Shown piece by piece: positions 39,500 through 40,127 of a stretch of DNA of 40,127 bases. Location of the stretch: NCBI GenBank assembly GCA_947168405.1, contig CAMVLU010000003.1:1-40127 (forward strand), read 5' to 3'. The DNA is from an uncultured Clostridia bacterium (GTDB taxonomy: Bacteria > Bacillota_I > Bacilli_A > RF39 > UBA660). Within the stretch, counting starts at the first letter, position 1. Each line of letters opens with the position of its first letter. Under the pieces are notes generated by a model. That model made no database searches. It was not told where the DNA came from and saw only the letters and a list, made by a program, of their open reading frames with translations. The position numbers were made by a program, and so were the translations under genes.

Positions 39500-39600
39500 C
39501 TCCCTTCGTCTATATCTGGTATAGGCTTGCTCCGCGCAAATAACCCGAACAACGCATCCACGTGTATCGACAACCTTGCACATCTAAGCAATCAAACACG
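39500..39600 (-). ncRNA. Putative structured rpsJ (S10 operon) 5' leader
   Basis: GC-rich island in AT-rich DNA; GATG...AAGGTTG..GATACAC...CGGAG resembles Firmicutes S10 leaders (from memory). Confidence 0.6.
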
Positions 39601-39606
39601 ATAGAT

Positions 39607-39635
39607 ATTTTAACACACCAATTCCGTAAAATCAA
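39607..39635 (-). promoter_or_regulatory. Sigma-A promoter of the S10 operon
   Basis: TTGATT-17 nt-TAAAAT with extended TG. Confidence 0.65.
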
Positions 39636-39712
39636 GCACTTTTTTCATATTTTTTCATATTTTTTAACTTTTTTTCACTATCAGTGATAATGTTATCAAA
39701 AAGAACAAAGTA

Positions 39713-40127
39713 TCAATTACTTTGTTCTTTATTTGAATTAATAATTTCTTCAACTTTTTGAACTGGCGTATTAACAATTTCTGATATAGTATATATATCT
39801 ATCTTCTTATGATACATTCTCATAATCATTTCAATTCTATTTTGTTCTATACCTTGTTCTACACCACTCATGAATCCTTCATCTTTTCCTGTTTCATATG
39901 CATCATGATTTCTTAATTTTTCATCTATTCTTTCATCCCATATCATACGACAATACTCCTTACTTTTCGAAAGTCTTTCTAATTTCTTTCGATAATTATT
40001 TAACATTTTTTCATGATTAACTATATCTTTTAATTCTTCTTTTTTATTTAATGTAAATAATTTCCAGACTTTCTCTTCTTCTTTAATATCAGTATAGCAT
40101 ATTTGTTGTATTTTGAAAAGATTAACA
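39713..40127 (-). CDS. C-terminal part of an Rpn-family / PD-(D/E)XK nuclease-transposase-like protein
   Basis: Frame open to the window edge (VNLFKIQQICYTDIKEEEKVWKLF...); typical tail EGFMSGVEQGIEQNRIEMIMRM...IYTISEIVNTPVQKVEEI. Confidence 0.6.
   Translation of the reverse strand, partial: VNLFKIQQICYTDIKEEEKVWKLFTLNKKEELKDIVNHEKMLNNYRKKLERLSKSKEYCRMIWDERIDEKLRNHDAYETGKDEGFMSGVEQGIEQNRIEMIMRMYHKKIDIYTISEIVNTPVQKVEEIINSNKEQSN

Overview
Low-GC Bacillota chromosome segment, most likely a reduced-genome gut Bacilli lineage (RF39-like; inference). It uses the standard code: TGA terminates gatA, map and secY. Nearly all genes are on the minus strand. 1-718 is the 5' part of ppdK. About 0.8-17.4 kb is a surface-appendage island: four tandem VirB2/TrbC-like small membrane pilin paralogues with variable Cys-rich tails, a frameshifted GT-C-type membrane glycosyltransferase plus a decayed second one, a monoderm Tad/Flp locus (CpaE/TadZ-like, pseudopilin, an unannotated 56-aa Flp-like pilin, TadC, TadB, CpaF, CpaB, DUF5411-like) and two tandem [membrane-anchored Cys protein + secreted vWA adhesin] modules. 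17.5-25.4 kb holds a thioredoxin-like lipoprotein, an XRE regulator, gatCAB, a membrane protein, an apparently exact 330-bp tandem duplication of an unannotated type I toxin-antitoxin-like module, and CIRCE-preceded htpG-hsp20. 25.4-39.6 kb is the S10-spc-alpha ribosomal cluster, lacking rpmD (uL30). The window ends in the 3' part of an Rpn/PD-(D/E)XK-like gene. All family calls are from motif recognition by eye; no database search was run.
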